64,000 nt of DNA from Antedon mediterranea (GCF_964355755.1 NC_092675.1:16650912-16714911); one strand, 5' to 3'; counted from the first letter of the stretch, positions 16,601 to 28,266 are shown. The notes: generated by a model not told the origin, from the sequence alone. Translations and numbers: made by a program.

Positions 16601-19454
16601 TTCCACATGATGGGTTGTAGAGTATTACATCAACCTTATCCTTTATTACCCTGTTTCACATGATGGGTTGTAGAGTGTTACATCAACCTTATCCTTTATT
16701 ACCCTGTTTCACATGATGGGTTGTAGAGTATTACATCAACCTTATCCTTTATTACCCTGTTTCACATGATGGTTTGTAGAGTATTACATCAACCTTATCC
16801 TTTATTACCCTGTTTCACATGATGGGTTGTAGAGTATTACATCAACCTTATCCTTTATTACCCTGTTCCACATGATGGGTTGTAGAGTATTACATCTATA
16901 TCCTTTATTACCCGGTTTCACATGATGGGTTGTAGAGTGTTACATCAACCTTATCCTTTATTACCCTGTTTCACATGATGGGTTGTAGAGTATTACATCA
17001 ACCTTATCCTTTATTATCCTGTTTCACATGATGGGTTGTAGAGTGTTACATCAACCTTATCCTTTATTACCCTGTTCCACATGATGGGTTGTAGAGTATT
17101 ACATCAACCTTATCCTTTATTACCCTGTTTCACATGATGGGTTGTAGAGTGTTACATCAACCTTATCCTTTATTACCCTGTTTCACATGATGGGTTGTAG
17201 AGTGTTACATCAACCTTATCCTTTATTATTATGGTTCAATTATTTAAAAAAGATAACAATTCACAATAATAAGATATTTAATATTTATGCTATTGAAAGT
17301 ATTTGTGAATAAATATAGTATTCTGCATAGTTGTAATCCAATAATCATACACATTTGTGAACAATATTTGTTTTTTGATATTGCAACTTATAAAAATTCT
17401 CTCTAATATCTATCCATTCAATTTCAAATTTTATTTTAAAATTATGTTTTTATATATCAGGAGACATTTTATGTGCCTTTTCATTATAAGATGTTTGTAA
17501 TTATAAATGTAAATATATGTATGTAAAGTATTAATAATGTGTTTGTTATGTGATATATATGCTACTAACATGTAATTTACATTTTATATGTTTGCTTCCC
17601 GTTTTTTACCAGCGCTTTGTGAATGTAAGTTCTGCTGTTTTTATGCGGTACGGACATAATAATATAAGCACCACTGTCTAAGCCTGCTTCTTAATTCCTT
17701 AACACATTTTGTTTTTTAATTAAATGTTGCAAACATAATACACTATGTTCCTAGTACTTGTTTTTAATTGATTTTTTGTTTTAAAAGTTTTTTTATATGT
17801 ATGTATTTTCAAAAATTCCTTATTTCGGATTACTATTTGTAAAAATTAGTTTTTATTCAACTTAATGGTGGGATTCTCTATAAATTACAAAATATGTTTG
17901 CATTATATATTAGCATATATTATAATTATAACAACTTTTACCTTTAGCTACTTAACCAATAGTAAAGCTTTTCTGATTAATTGTTTATAAGTTAACATTG
18001 CTTTCAATGCAGTATTATAAAATTACCTTATAAATAATATTAAGTTTCTTCAAAATGTATCGCAACCCGATATTTATTCGTAGTGCCACTTTCCCTGTAA
18101 CTACCTTTCCACTACATCACTTATTAATATCTCCCTACCACATTACTTCAGTGACTGTTGCCCCTGTTGCTACCTTTCCACTACATCACTTATTAATATC
18201 TCCCTACCTCATTACTTCAGTGACTGTTGCCCCTGTTGCTACCTTTCCACTACATCACTTATTAATATCTCCCTACCACATTACTTCAGTGACTGTTGCT
18301 ACACTACCACATTACTTCAGTGACTGTTGCCCCTGCAACTACCTTTCCACTACATCACTTATTAATATCTCCCTACCACATTACTTCAGTGACTGTTGCT
18401 ACACTAAACATTTTGTTGTTTGCATTGCTGTTACTCACCATTTTGTTTGTGTTTTCATTTACTTTCTCATTTTTTGAGTTTTTCTGAGATGTCAACATGG
18501 AAATGCTGAGATATATTATAAAGTATAGATATTTAATACTGTAATTAAGCATATTACAAGATACCATCATTTTATACTCTCCATACTTTATATAGCTAGC
18601 ATGTGCTTGATATTGTAGATACATAGAACATTTCTGGAAATGTTTATAGACTGTTTATATATCTCTTATGAAAAGAATTGGGTTGTAACCATGTAAAAAA
18701 TATAATCTGTGCATGAAAGAATATATATTTTGACATCTTAATTCAATGGTTTTATAATTTGTTTATGTTTCTTTTGCACTAAAGTATATAAAACTATGAA
18801 TATTTAATATATTAATTCTACTCTGAAAACATAGGCCTACAGTATTGTAGTATTTTACATTGACTTATTGTGCAATTACAGTACTATACAAGAAATCGTT
18901 TTAAATGGCCAGTACAATGCATAAAAATATACTAACTAGATGTCGTCCAACCCATTGGGTCAAAGATTGAATCTTTGAAGCTGAATGGAGTTTTGTCTTT
19001 GTATCTGTGTGCCTTAATAATATTAAAGAATGTAAACTGAATGAGTAGAATGGTAATTTAACCAGCACCAAATAGCAATTTTGTGTGTTTTAATAACAAA
19101 TATGTTTTATTATTTTCACTTTTTTCAAGTATGGTCTTTGAATCCTAATTGCTCTGTGTATAAAACTAAGTTTTTAAATCTTTTAATCAATATTAACTAT
19201 ATGATCCAGGTTAATTTATAGCATTTAAGTAGCACTTGCTAACCAATTTGTTTCTCTTCTTCCTTCATTAGGAATTCGTAAGCAACAGTAGTAAAGCCAT
19301 AGATGACGAAGGAGCTGCAGCTGCTAGTGCAGCAGCACCAGCACCAGTCACAGCTAAAGAAGGAGTTGATGTCAGAGATGCAGCTCCAGAAGAAGTGGAG
19401 CCTGCTCTCCAATCCGAGAAGCTCTACCCTGACCTTAAAGACGAAGATAAATAG
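1658..19454 (+). CDS. SLC44A1: Choline transporter-like protein 1 (SLC44/CTL family), 3' portion; upstream exons lie outside the window
   Basis: GT-AG exons with consistent phases: 1658-1876, 3883-4049, 4379-4468, 5232-5368, 6593-6779, 7250-7430, 8182-8322, 8749-8864, 9518-9555, 9888-10016, 10959-11051, 13289-13384, 19272-19454 (TAG). Translated motifs typical of CTL1: [117 protein letters not shown]. Confidence 0.93.
1928..2876. repeat. Intronic minisatellite, ~34-bp unit (aataatactgtaacttgtagtgtactctgtctat), ~27 copies
   Basis: Directly visible tandem array; the first units carry a 5-bp insertion. Confidence 0.97.
2989..3790. mobile_element. Non-autonomous TIR DNA transposon (Harbinger/ISL2EU-like termini)
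   Basis: Inverted termini aatagacacgtttcgcgctcgcga / tcgcgagcgagaaacgtgtctatt around a GC-richer interior. Superfamily is inferred. Confidence 0.75.
5484..6512. repeat. Intronic minisatellite, 18-bp unit (gggattatacttgggYat), >50 copies
   Basis: Directly visible tandem array with blocks of variant units; source of the repetitive spurious ORFs. Confidence 0.97.
8530..8680 (+). mobile_element. Truncated SINE fragment related to the core at 31397
   Basis: gtaaagaacctagtacaccattcgagatgagtataagttaccctggt resembles the SINE core; (AAAT)n-like tail. Confidence 0.45.
9070..9357. mobile_element. MITE-like element
   Basis: Inverted termini gccatgtttccg / cggaaacatggc with inverted subterminal motifs. 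Confidence 0.6.
10084..10442. mobile_element. MITE-like element
   Basis: Inverted termini tatacctgccaact / agttggcaggtata. Confidence 0.6.
14411..17228. repeat. Intronic minisatellite, 53-bp unit (atcctttattaccctgttYcacatgatgggttgtagagtRttacatcaacctt), ~53 copies
   Basis: Near-perfect head-to-tail array with two main polymorphic positions and no spacers. Confidence 0.98.
17613..17681 (+). CDS. SLC44A1: Candidate alternative terminal exon of SLC44A1 ([22 protein letters not shown])
   Basis: Good acceptor (ttcccgttttttaccag), phase 0 matching the donor at 13384. Start resembles the main last exon (RFVNVSS vs EFVSNSS) and it ends in TAA. Confidence 0.6.
   Translation, partial: RFVNVSSAVFMRYGHNNISTTV
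18090..18406. repeat. Short tandem repeat, ~69-bp unit, ~4 copies
   Basis: Repeated acctttccactacatcacttattaatatctccctaccacattacttcagtgactgttgc. Confidence 0.9.
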
Positions 19455-21504
19455 AATCATCTGACCCGGAATGGTAGGCTCACTGCTGAAGACTTTTTCT
19501 TTTGTTTTGTATCATTGCTGACTGAATGTAATTTGACATTATGTGTGTGATTGAATTAAATGGCATTTTTGTTTTAAAAAATAAGGCTGAGTGGAATAAA
19601 TCAGAGGACAAATATCTTTAAGGAGTGAAAATTGGCTCCGAGAAAGGAAAACCAATACGTTGAAATTTTTTGAACAATTGAATGAATTAATGGGAATATA
19701 TATGTAGAGGTTAAACTATGTGTTAAATAAGTGTAATCAAACTAAATATATTCAATTTATAAAGAATTTTACTGTAGAACTGCTATCTAAATCGAAACAA
19801 ATTGTGACTGTATAATACTAGGGTAATACATTTTATTTAATCAAGAATAATTATATACTAATAATAATTGAGGAAAAATATTGTAATCCCAGATGTTAAT
19901 ATCAATACAAAGCATGTTAATTTATAAGGAAATTAAAGTAGATTGAAAGTATTGTATAATCTTTTACTGAATATAAAAAGATACTGCAATGTAAAGATAA
20001 TTTTTAGATTAAGTTGGTCACAAGTCATAGTACAATACAAAGTTGATTTTCTTAGTGTGTAGCAAGCAGCACATAAAACGCACTGAAATTTCCGATTTAA
20101 CTTACAAATACTGTATTAAGTTTCATGTAACTGGGGAAAATTTGACAAAGATAAGTAAGATAAAACATTAGAGAAGACAGAACTCCACAATCCAGTACAA
20201 ATTCTCAAACATTCCACTCTCCATTAGTTGGACTGAAATACATTCTTTCCACCTTCTTTATCACTTATTGGATCCAATTCAAAATTTTAAAAAGAGGTTA
20301 AACAAACAAGTGTATTATTACTACTTTGGACAAGGTAAATGAAAGACTACTTCTGGCCTATGATAAACTGTTTAGTACAGTTAGCGTTTTCTATAATAAT
20401 AATGGGAAGATTTTTATATAAAGTCTGGTTTTGATACAAATGAGCCAAAGCATTTGACATTTTATATCAGCTAGTACTATAGAGTATGTATAAACTTTGG
20501 TCAAAGGACATTTTCATATAAGCTACTACATGAACATTCTTGATATTTCTTATTACAATATTAAAATATTCATTGGTAATCCCATGTTTTGTACTCCTCT
20601 TTATGTTAAAATTTGTAAATGTACACAAATAGAAGTTGAAAATTTTAAAAATGATTCCATACCAGTGAGTAAAGAACAGGCATCCATTAGCACAGTCCTG
20701 ATTGGTTGGGTAAAAAGCTCATTCATACACATGTTCAAAGTATTAAATCATATACAAAGTTGGTACAGTGTTGTAGGGTTATAGGTTCTAAACCCTAAAC
20801 ATTTGTTTGGTGTTTTTCTTTTACTTCTAATCATTACCTCTCCAAGTGTTAGGCTAGTGTTACTTACCATTCATTTTGTTGGGAGGCAAACTTGTTATGA
20901 CGAATCTCAATGTGGTTAATATCTGTTCTTTATTCTAAATTCCATGTCTATTTAAATAGAAATTCATTTAAATCATCTAGTAGAGTTGGCGTGCACTCTA
21001 CAAGCAATTTAATGTTTATTTAAAATGATTGCAGTGTAATTGTTAGTTTCTATATACTATTTCCAGATAAATAGTTTTAAATGTTTGTATTTTGTAATTT
21101 ACATCCAGCCATTTGTAACCAAATTTATTTAATTTATATTTATTTTATCACTTTCTATGACTATTTGCTGCAAATAGTTGTTTTTTTTTGTAGATTTTTA
21201 TTTATTTTGCTTTTCCTGCTATAAAGGTGCATATTATTAAATTCAGTTCCCATAATTGTTACATAAATATTGCATGGTAATTAGCAATTATTAAGGGATG
21301 AATAATACAATTATTTAACCAATTTTAGCATGCATTATAGGAAGCGTTATATTATATTCTTTTGTAATAATGTATTGTATTCACTTTTGAATTAAAATAT
21401 TACTCGGAAATGATATTTGACTTTTAATTTAATCAAAGAAATAGTGATTGAAGAACGTATGAGGTTTAAGTAAATAAAACATCTTCTTCTACCATCTTTA
21501 ATAG

Positions 21505-21820
21505 CACTGGTTCGCCACAGGGGTGTGTCCTTTCTCCCTGCTGTACATTTACTACACAAACGATTGCCGTGCCCTGTATGATAACTGCATGGCAATCAAA
21601 TACGCAGATGACACTGTCCTTGTTAGTCTAATAAATAATAACCAATCTGTTAACAATTACTATAATGTTGTAAACCATTTCACTAATTGGTGTAAAGACC
21701 ATTACCTTAAAATTAATTTAAACAAAACATGTGAATTGATAGTTGATTTTAGGAAAAAAAATAGGTCAGTTCACAAGCCCCTTAATATAGGAAATTAGTT
21801 AATTAAAGTTGTCCCAGAGT
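21505..21820 (+). mobile_element. Degenerate non-LTR (L2/CR1/Rex-like) reverse transcriptase fragment
   Basis: Frameshifted STGSPQGCV(L)S.LLYIYYTNDC...IKYADDT...WCKDHYLKINLNKTCELIVDFR RT motifs. Confidence 0.88.
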
Positions 21821-22127
21821 AAAAACTCTATTTCTAAAACCAGGATTTCCTAAATATGGGTGGGGCCTTAATATTGAACTTTATCTAATGTTCTATTATT
21901 TGAATTGTATTTTTCCAAATTTAGGGGAAGCCTGGTTGGACCCACCATATGGTTAATATTCTGTACTTTTAAAACATGCATTTAATTTAAAATTTAATTT
22001 ATAAACATCACAGCACATAATTTGGCTTCTTCAAAATAAGCATTCATTCTGCTAATTCTCTGCACAGTAATTGTATATATATACATATCAAATATAAATC
22101 AATTGTGTTGCGTACCACTGTGTAAAT

Positions 22128-23102
22128 TATATATAAATCATACTGTCAAATTATTGAAACAGTGCTCATATTCGGATCATAATCTCATAATAGGGTGGAA
22201 AGAAAGGAGAACTATATTTGAACACGTCACTATGGACGAGTTAGGTTATCGCGCACAGAAAAACGTTACTGTGGCCCTATATACTTTATACATACTACAT
22301 ATAGTGTATTGCAATTTCTTATCAACTTTCTACGCCTTTCATGTCATCGCATGGTGCGCACGTAGCGCTAAAAACGTTTTTCCAGCCATTTTACCAACTT
22401 TTAAACAATTTCGACACGTCATACGAGCACTTCAAATTTTAAAAAATTCGTCAAAATTATGCCATTTTTTCCCACATAAAGTTAACGCATGATATAAATT
22501 ACACTTTTGCTAAGTTTCAATTTAAATTGTTAAATGGATTTCGATCTATGTTAAATACACGAAATTCATAAAAAAAAACTCTGGTCATATAATAAATTAA
22601 ATTTGTGGAAAGAAAAAAGAATAAGATAGAAAAAAAAGATCCTGACAATAACAAGGGGTTATCCGCCAAGTCCGGATAACCAATAATACAGAAAAAAAAG
22701 TTTATGATGATCTCATACAATCACAATGAGTTATCCGCCAAGGTGCGGATAACTAATAATATACTGTACACAATATTATTTTTAAAAACCATTGCGTATT
22801 AAAGTTGGAATTTATTCTGACTAGTTAAGCTTCCACTGATTGTGAGGTCGTTTGTTGTATGAGAGAATGTATCTGGTGGTTGAAATTCTGTGATAATACT
22901 ATATATGGCCGGTCTGTGGTCTAGTGGTGTGATACTCACCCTGTAAGTGAGAGGTCGCAGGTTCAAATCCCACCAAAGACATTTTTTCATACAACTAAAA
23001 TATATGGAACTTTCGCTAATGAGCTATGTTCGATGCGATTATGAGATCATGTTCTGAATATGAGCACTGTTTCAATAATTTGACAGTATGATTTATATAT
23101 AT
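22128..23102. mobile_element. Unclassified TIR element (~60-bp TIRs, TA-rich ends) containing a tRNA-like sequence
   Basis: tatatataaatcatactgtcaaattattgaaacagtgctcatattc.. at the left end and its reverse complement at 23038-23102. Confidence 0.85.
22907..22980 (+). pseudogene. tRNA-like sequence (tRNA-Pro-like body, loop reading TGT) inside the TIR element
   Basis: A box TGGTCTAGTGG, anticodon arm CTCAC-CCTGTAA-GTGAG, B box GGTTCAAATCC, followed by an oligo-T run. T stem and acceptor stem are mispaired, so it is not a functional tRNA. Confidence 0.7.
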
Positions 23103-23132
23103 ATTTCTTGTAATTGGTTAAAAAGAATCTTG

Positions 23133-26100
23133 CTATTCAAGTTTAGTTAGAGTGTCTGCATATTGAAAGTCTTGAGATTGTTCATATTGATACATATCTA
23201 AAGCTACTTCACAACTCTCTTTTACGACCACTTCTTTATCCTGACTGAAATCTTGCAATGTTTGTAAGCACTCATCAGCAGCAATGGAGCCTAGGGCTTC
23301 CGCACATTCATGACGAACCATTGGGCTTTCATCCTTTAGTTTCAGATTTTCTTTCAACTGTTCAATACCTGCTGGGTTTTGCATCTGGCCTAAGACGTAT
23401 GCTATTTCATGACGGAAGAGTGCACTGTTACACTTTAAGCCTAGAAGAAAAAACATACAAGTGCACATGAGCCTTATAAACATCTATACAATATTTTCCC
23501 CAGGACCTTTCAAGAGACCATGATACTTGTGTACATGTACAATTAACAATTACTGCAATTTAATTCTCCGCCCAATTTATATTAATTGGAGAACCGAAAA
23601 TGGCTTCAATCGGCTGCTCTCTCTCTCTCTCTATGGATATTGTGACAACGCTTCTTTAAGCCTGTTTTTCTGTCGTCACGTTATCGTTAACAATAATCTT
23701 CTACGTAAACTTTGAAATGTTAACGATTTACACAAAAAAGTACACGCTATCGTTATCACTTCAACTTGATCGTTTTCAAACGATCGTCGTTGAACTGTTT
23801 ACAATCAACGACCATATGATAGCGTCGAATAACGTCGACAGGAAAACAGGCTTACAGAATGTTGCAAACCTTAAAATCTAGGAACCACAGACTTCTTTAT
23901 TTATTTATTTATTTCCTTTATTGTAAACAGTGATGAAGTTGACATAAATATAATAATAAATATATATAAAAAAAAACATAGTATAACACAGTCCAAACAA
24001 GTAATACTAAAATATATCATAGTCCACAAATCAGTCTTTCAATGGCCATCATAGTCTATCCAGTAACACAAACCAAAAGGGGTTCACAATTTGCTTATCA
24101 TAACTCAGTTTCTGATCATTCACCAATCATTGAAAACTCCGTGGAAAGTAATTAAGTTTTTTGTGCGTTGTGTCCGAACTTTGGGGAGGGTGAACGATCT
24201 AACGCGTCGGAGCTGATGGTTGTGTGTGGGAGGTTTAGGTAAGAGAGAGTGTAATCTATGATCTTCTTTTTTCATTTTATCAAAGAATTTTCTTGACAAC
24301 TTCTTGCCATAGGACATACTGTACTTCAATAAAACCAGTTCTAAAATGTCCTTATGTGAAACGAAGTTTTCTAATATAATTCCGACAATATAATAATAGT
24401 ACAACAAGACTGAAGACCTTTATAACTTTATAAAATGCTGTACAACCTCACCTTGTGCTAATGCAAGAGCTGAAGAATTTGTGTTGATATTTCGGAGTGA
24501 GAACATGGCTCTGTAACGGTCAAATAGGGGCAAGTTCTCATTCAAAAGTTTTTGTTGAAGAAGTGCCAGGTCATCTTCTGTAGATGGTGGTGCTGGGTCA
24601 ACAGATTTGAATGGATTTTGACTTAATTTTTCATTTTTATCTTGACTGTTAAGCCATTTTATTCGTTCTACAGCTAGTTGACATGTTTCAGCAACCTAAA
24701 AAAGATAAATGACCAGTATAATCGACCACATATATCTACGCATGTTGCACCTAGGGGTGCAAATCAATAAAATAGTGATTATGTTTATTTTAGGATATTT
24801 TAGGTTGTTTTGTGAATTTTTTTTTTGTGTGTTGTATGTTAGATGTACTATCCAAATTAATGGAAATGAAATGAATGCTCCATAATGTGTAAAAAAAATT
24901 GTGACTTCATTCTGTATGTGGCTTACAAACAAGTACTATCATCATAATTACTGTACATTATCACTTTGTTGTTTGGCTTAATTAGGTATTTAAACATTAT
25001 TTTGTATTCACTTATTAATTTTTCCTCACCTCAATTACAGGATCATTGCTATATTCTTTTAAAACTTGAACCACACTATCACAGCCAATGGCACCAAGAG
25101 CTTCTCCTTTAAATATAGTTATATAAAACGGGTCATACTAAAAATCTACGTCCAGCAGGGCCCGAAATCACCTTGTGGGCCCAGTAAGGTTTTATGATAT
25201 AACATTTTATTAAGTACATCCTAACATTATATTTAACTTTATTCTAATATTTAATTGTACATTTTATTTTATACATTTTTAAATTAAAGATGTATTGTCC
25301 CCATGAAACATGAAAAATGAAGAATAAAATCTTTTAATAAACCATTTTGAAGAAAGAAAAAAAAAAAAAAAAAAAAAAAAATGTATTATTTCACTTATAG
25401 AAAGACAAACGAAATGGTTAATTTCATTTTTTTTTTTTATGTAAATCATTTTTTTTTATGTAAATCATTTTTTTTTCTCAATCCAGTTTTTGGTCAAATT
25501 GAATAACTTTACGTGACATGAAATAACATATTCAACACAAATTAAATAAAACATTTTTAGGGGGACAATATATCTTTAATTTAAGTCAAAATAATAATTA
25601 GGTTTATTCCGAAACTGAAGACCGTCCTCTGTGATAAGTGATGTTTTGTGGTGTTGAAGCGGACGGTTGACGCATTTAGAATAAAAAGTTTAACAATATT
25701 TTAACTAATTTTAACTTGCTTCTGGAAAGAAAAGAAGGTTGTGAACGGCGCCCAGTGGGTGAACAGACCACCCCTTCCGCTGAATGTGGCCGCTGCCACA
25801 ATAGCTTGATTTGCATATACGGGGTATGCAGATGTTAACATGGGACCTCGGCGCTGCCCGATCCGGTCTATTTGCAGCAGGGCACCAAGAAGGTAAGGAC
25901 AGAACCAAAAACCGAAAAAACCAAAAACAACTTACTTGGTCATGCTCTACTACTTGTGTAATTATTAGGACAGTGGAACTAATAAGGAAAGCTTATGTGT
26001 GTTAACTTCACAGTAGCATTATCGATCTCCTTTCTTTGCATCAGGGGAAGGTTTAGTTAATAATAATAATAGAAGCATGCTCAGCCAAGTTTTAAACTGC

Positions 26101-28266
26101 TGGAGCCAAGAAACCGACGAACGTGGCCGGCACTCAACCAGATGGCAGTGGCGGGCATCAAGAAAGGGAAGATACATGAAGACATCTGGCAGCCTTGTAC
26201 GGCCAGCACATTATAAGCATATGGAAAAGCACAAGGAGAGCGACTGACCAAGCGCGAATGGCTGTGCCACTGGTTGTGCATGGGACATCGGCCTTGTGTG
26301 GTTTGACTGGTTACAGAGAGATCTACAACTTTCTCGACATGCGGCCCTCTGGGACATGGAGCGAGCGGTTTGGCTGAGAAGCAGCCTCCAGTCTGTGGAA
26401 GTATTAGGCTGGATTGCACTGTTTGGCGATCCAACCTCGTATCCCAATCGAACGCGAGATCAATGACTTGATGAGGCATGGTTGTGCAATGGGCTTGGGA
26501 GTGGCTCCTGGCTACTCGTCGACAACGGCCAAATTTGATAGGCTTCTGGCTGATCACGAGATGGTTGAGTAATCGGGATTGTTGGATTGGACCATTCGGC
26601 CCCACTCACGGACTGGCCAAGGTAGGACCAACATTTGAAGTTGTTGAGGTCTTGGACAGCCACCACCACCGTGTCCACAGTTTGGATATCACCAGAATAC
26701 AATGTGATTGCAATGCTACTACTAGAGAAGAGTGTTACTATCGTGTCTTGGACATTTTTCGTCTAAACCGCGTGTCAAAGGAACAGCGGCTGCTACTAGT
26801 AGACTATGCTTCTTGGAGGGTGTAGCTACCGCCTACCGCCGGCACTTCCCCAAGTGAAGACCGGCGACTGCTGATGGAATCCAGCGGACCGGACTATCCT
26901 CCTGTTGGATATAGACAGGTCATGGATCTGACATGGACAACGGTCGACGTGCTTGTTTTATAATATTATTATAGGCCATTACAGTGATACCTAAAATCAC
27001 TACAAAATTATTTAACATGTACATTGTATGTACAGTACTAGATATCATTACAAAAATACTAAACTATTAACTAGTAAGATACGGCGCTACTGCAGTTTCG
27101 CACCACACCGTTATATCTTCGATTTCTCACCTAAATTTTTCTTTGTTACACTCACAACATAATATTATGTAACATGTTTATACGATTCGACCACTTACGA
27201 AGTAATTTTTTTTAAATAACAATACTTTTCAAAACATTTTAAACAATACACTGAACTCGATGTCAACACACGGCGAAATGTTCGCCATCTTTTATTTATC
27301 ACTTAATTGCCAGAATGTATGCTTCATTTTCCCCAAAAAATGTAGAAACTATAGAGGCCAGTGTTATAAAATCCGATTACACATATATAGGCCTAGGCCT
27401 ATTTAGTTTTGAAAGGCAACAAATATTTTCAGCTGGCACAAGAGATGTTTAATTAATATTTCATTATTAATATTAGTATTATTATTCATATTAATAGGTC
27501 CTATCAATGTTTTATGTACAGACTCATATCGTCGCCGTTTTGATATGTACAGCTAGCTCTTTGCAGTTTAAAAATAAAAACAGAAAATAAAACATACATT
27601 GATTTCTGGCAATTTTCTGATTCTAAAATGGCCACAGTTCGATCGAGGTATTCGCGGAAATGGAGCTGTTTTGAAAGGCATTTTTTGTTGTGATAAAGGT
27701 AAATATAACAGTGGCTAAATCATGGAAACATGTTACATAATGGCCCAAAATTGTATGATTTAACAGTGTGGTGCGAAACTGCAGTAGCACCTAAGATACT
27801 CTGCGTATATTAGTATGATGACCATATAAAACAATTAAATTTATTCTATACTACCTACTCTGTAGGGTGTAGGCCTTCTTTCTCCACACAAAACAATTCA
27901 TAATTAGAAAATAATTTTCTAAATTACTACAGTATAAATGAAATATTCTATTTTATTAATTTTATAAATATATCACTAAATTTATTAATTACCTGCTTCG
28001 TGTCTAACCATAGCATCTTGATGTGTATCTTTTAACACCGTAATAAGCTTTGGTATGGCGTATTTATCTTGCATTTGTCCTAAACAATATGCGCATTCAT
28101 GTTTAAGCAGGGCTGACGGGTCAGAAAAGCATTCATTTATGTAGTCAATCGCGGCCTCTCCGCCCAGGTTTCGTAAAGTAAACAATGCCCGAAACCGCTC
28201 GGGCAAGGGCCTAGCTACATCACATAATTTTGCACCAATTCTTTTAATTTCAAAAATATCTGGCAT
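23133..28266 (-). CDS. DOHH: Deoxyhypusine hydroxylase, complete, 4 exons, 300 aa
   Basis: Exons 28266-27993 (274 nt), 25106-25030 (77), 24695-24452 (244), 23440-23133 (308), total 903 nt in frame with GT-AG borders. HEAT-repeat His-Glu motifs [57 protein letters not shown]; [11 protein letters not shown]; SVDPAPP linker. Confidence 0.97.
23659..23852. mobile_element. Harbinger-like MITE in DOHH intron 3
   Basis: Inverted termini agcctgtttttctgtcg / cgacaggaaaacaggct flanked by TTA/TAA. Confidence 0.7.
23895..24300 (-). mobile_element. 3' end of an L2/CR1-group LINE
   Basis: [36 protein letters not shown] is typical of a LINE ORF2 C-terminus; (AAAT)n-type tail near 23900. Confidence 0.7.
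25288..25575. mobile_element. Kolobok-like MITE with TTAA target site
   Basis: ttaa|agatgtattgtcccc ... ggggacaatatatct|ttaa. Confidence 0.75.
25700..26955 (+). other. GC-rich decayed coding-like insert of unknown origin in DOHH intron 1
   Basis: Sharp compositional shift and several overlapping interrupted ORFs (26195-26377, 26478-26825); no family recognised. Confidence 0.45.
27083..27791. mobile_element. Non-autonomous DNA transposon, Merlin-like (GG..CC termini, 8-bp TSD)
   Basis: TIR ggcgctactgcagtttcgcaccacac / gtgtggtgcgaaactgcagtagcacc; perfect TSD TAAGATAC at 27075-27082 and 27792-27799. Confidence 0.88.

Noticed and set aside
14411-17228. Possible CRISPR array
   Set aside because: Head-to-tail repeats with no unique spacers, no cas genes, eukaryotic intron context.
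18055-18487. 140-aa ORF with repeated [12 protein letters not shown]
   Set aside because: Translation of a 69-bp tandem repeat.
22907-22980. Functional tRNA gene
   Set aside because: T stem and acceptor stem mispaired, C at the invariant U33 position, embedded in a TIR element.
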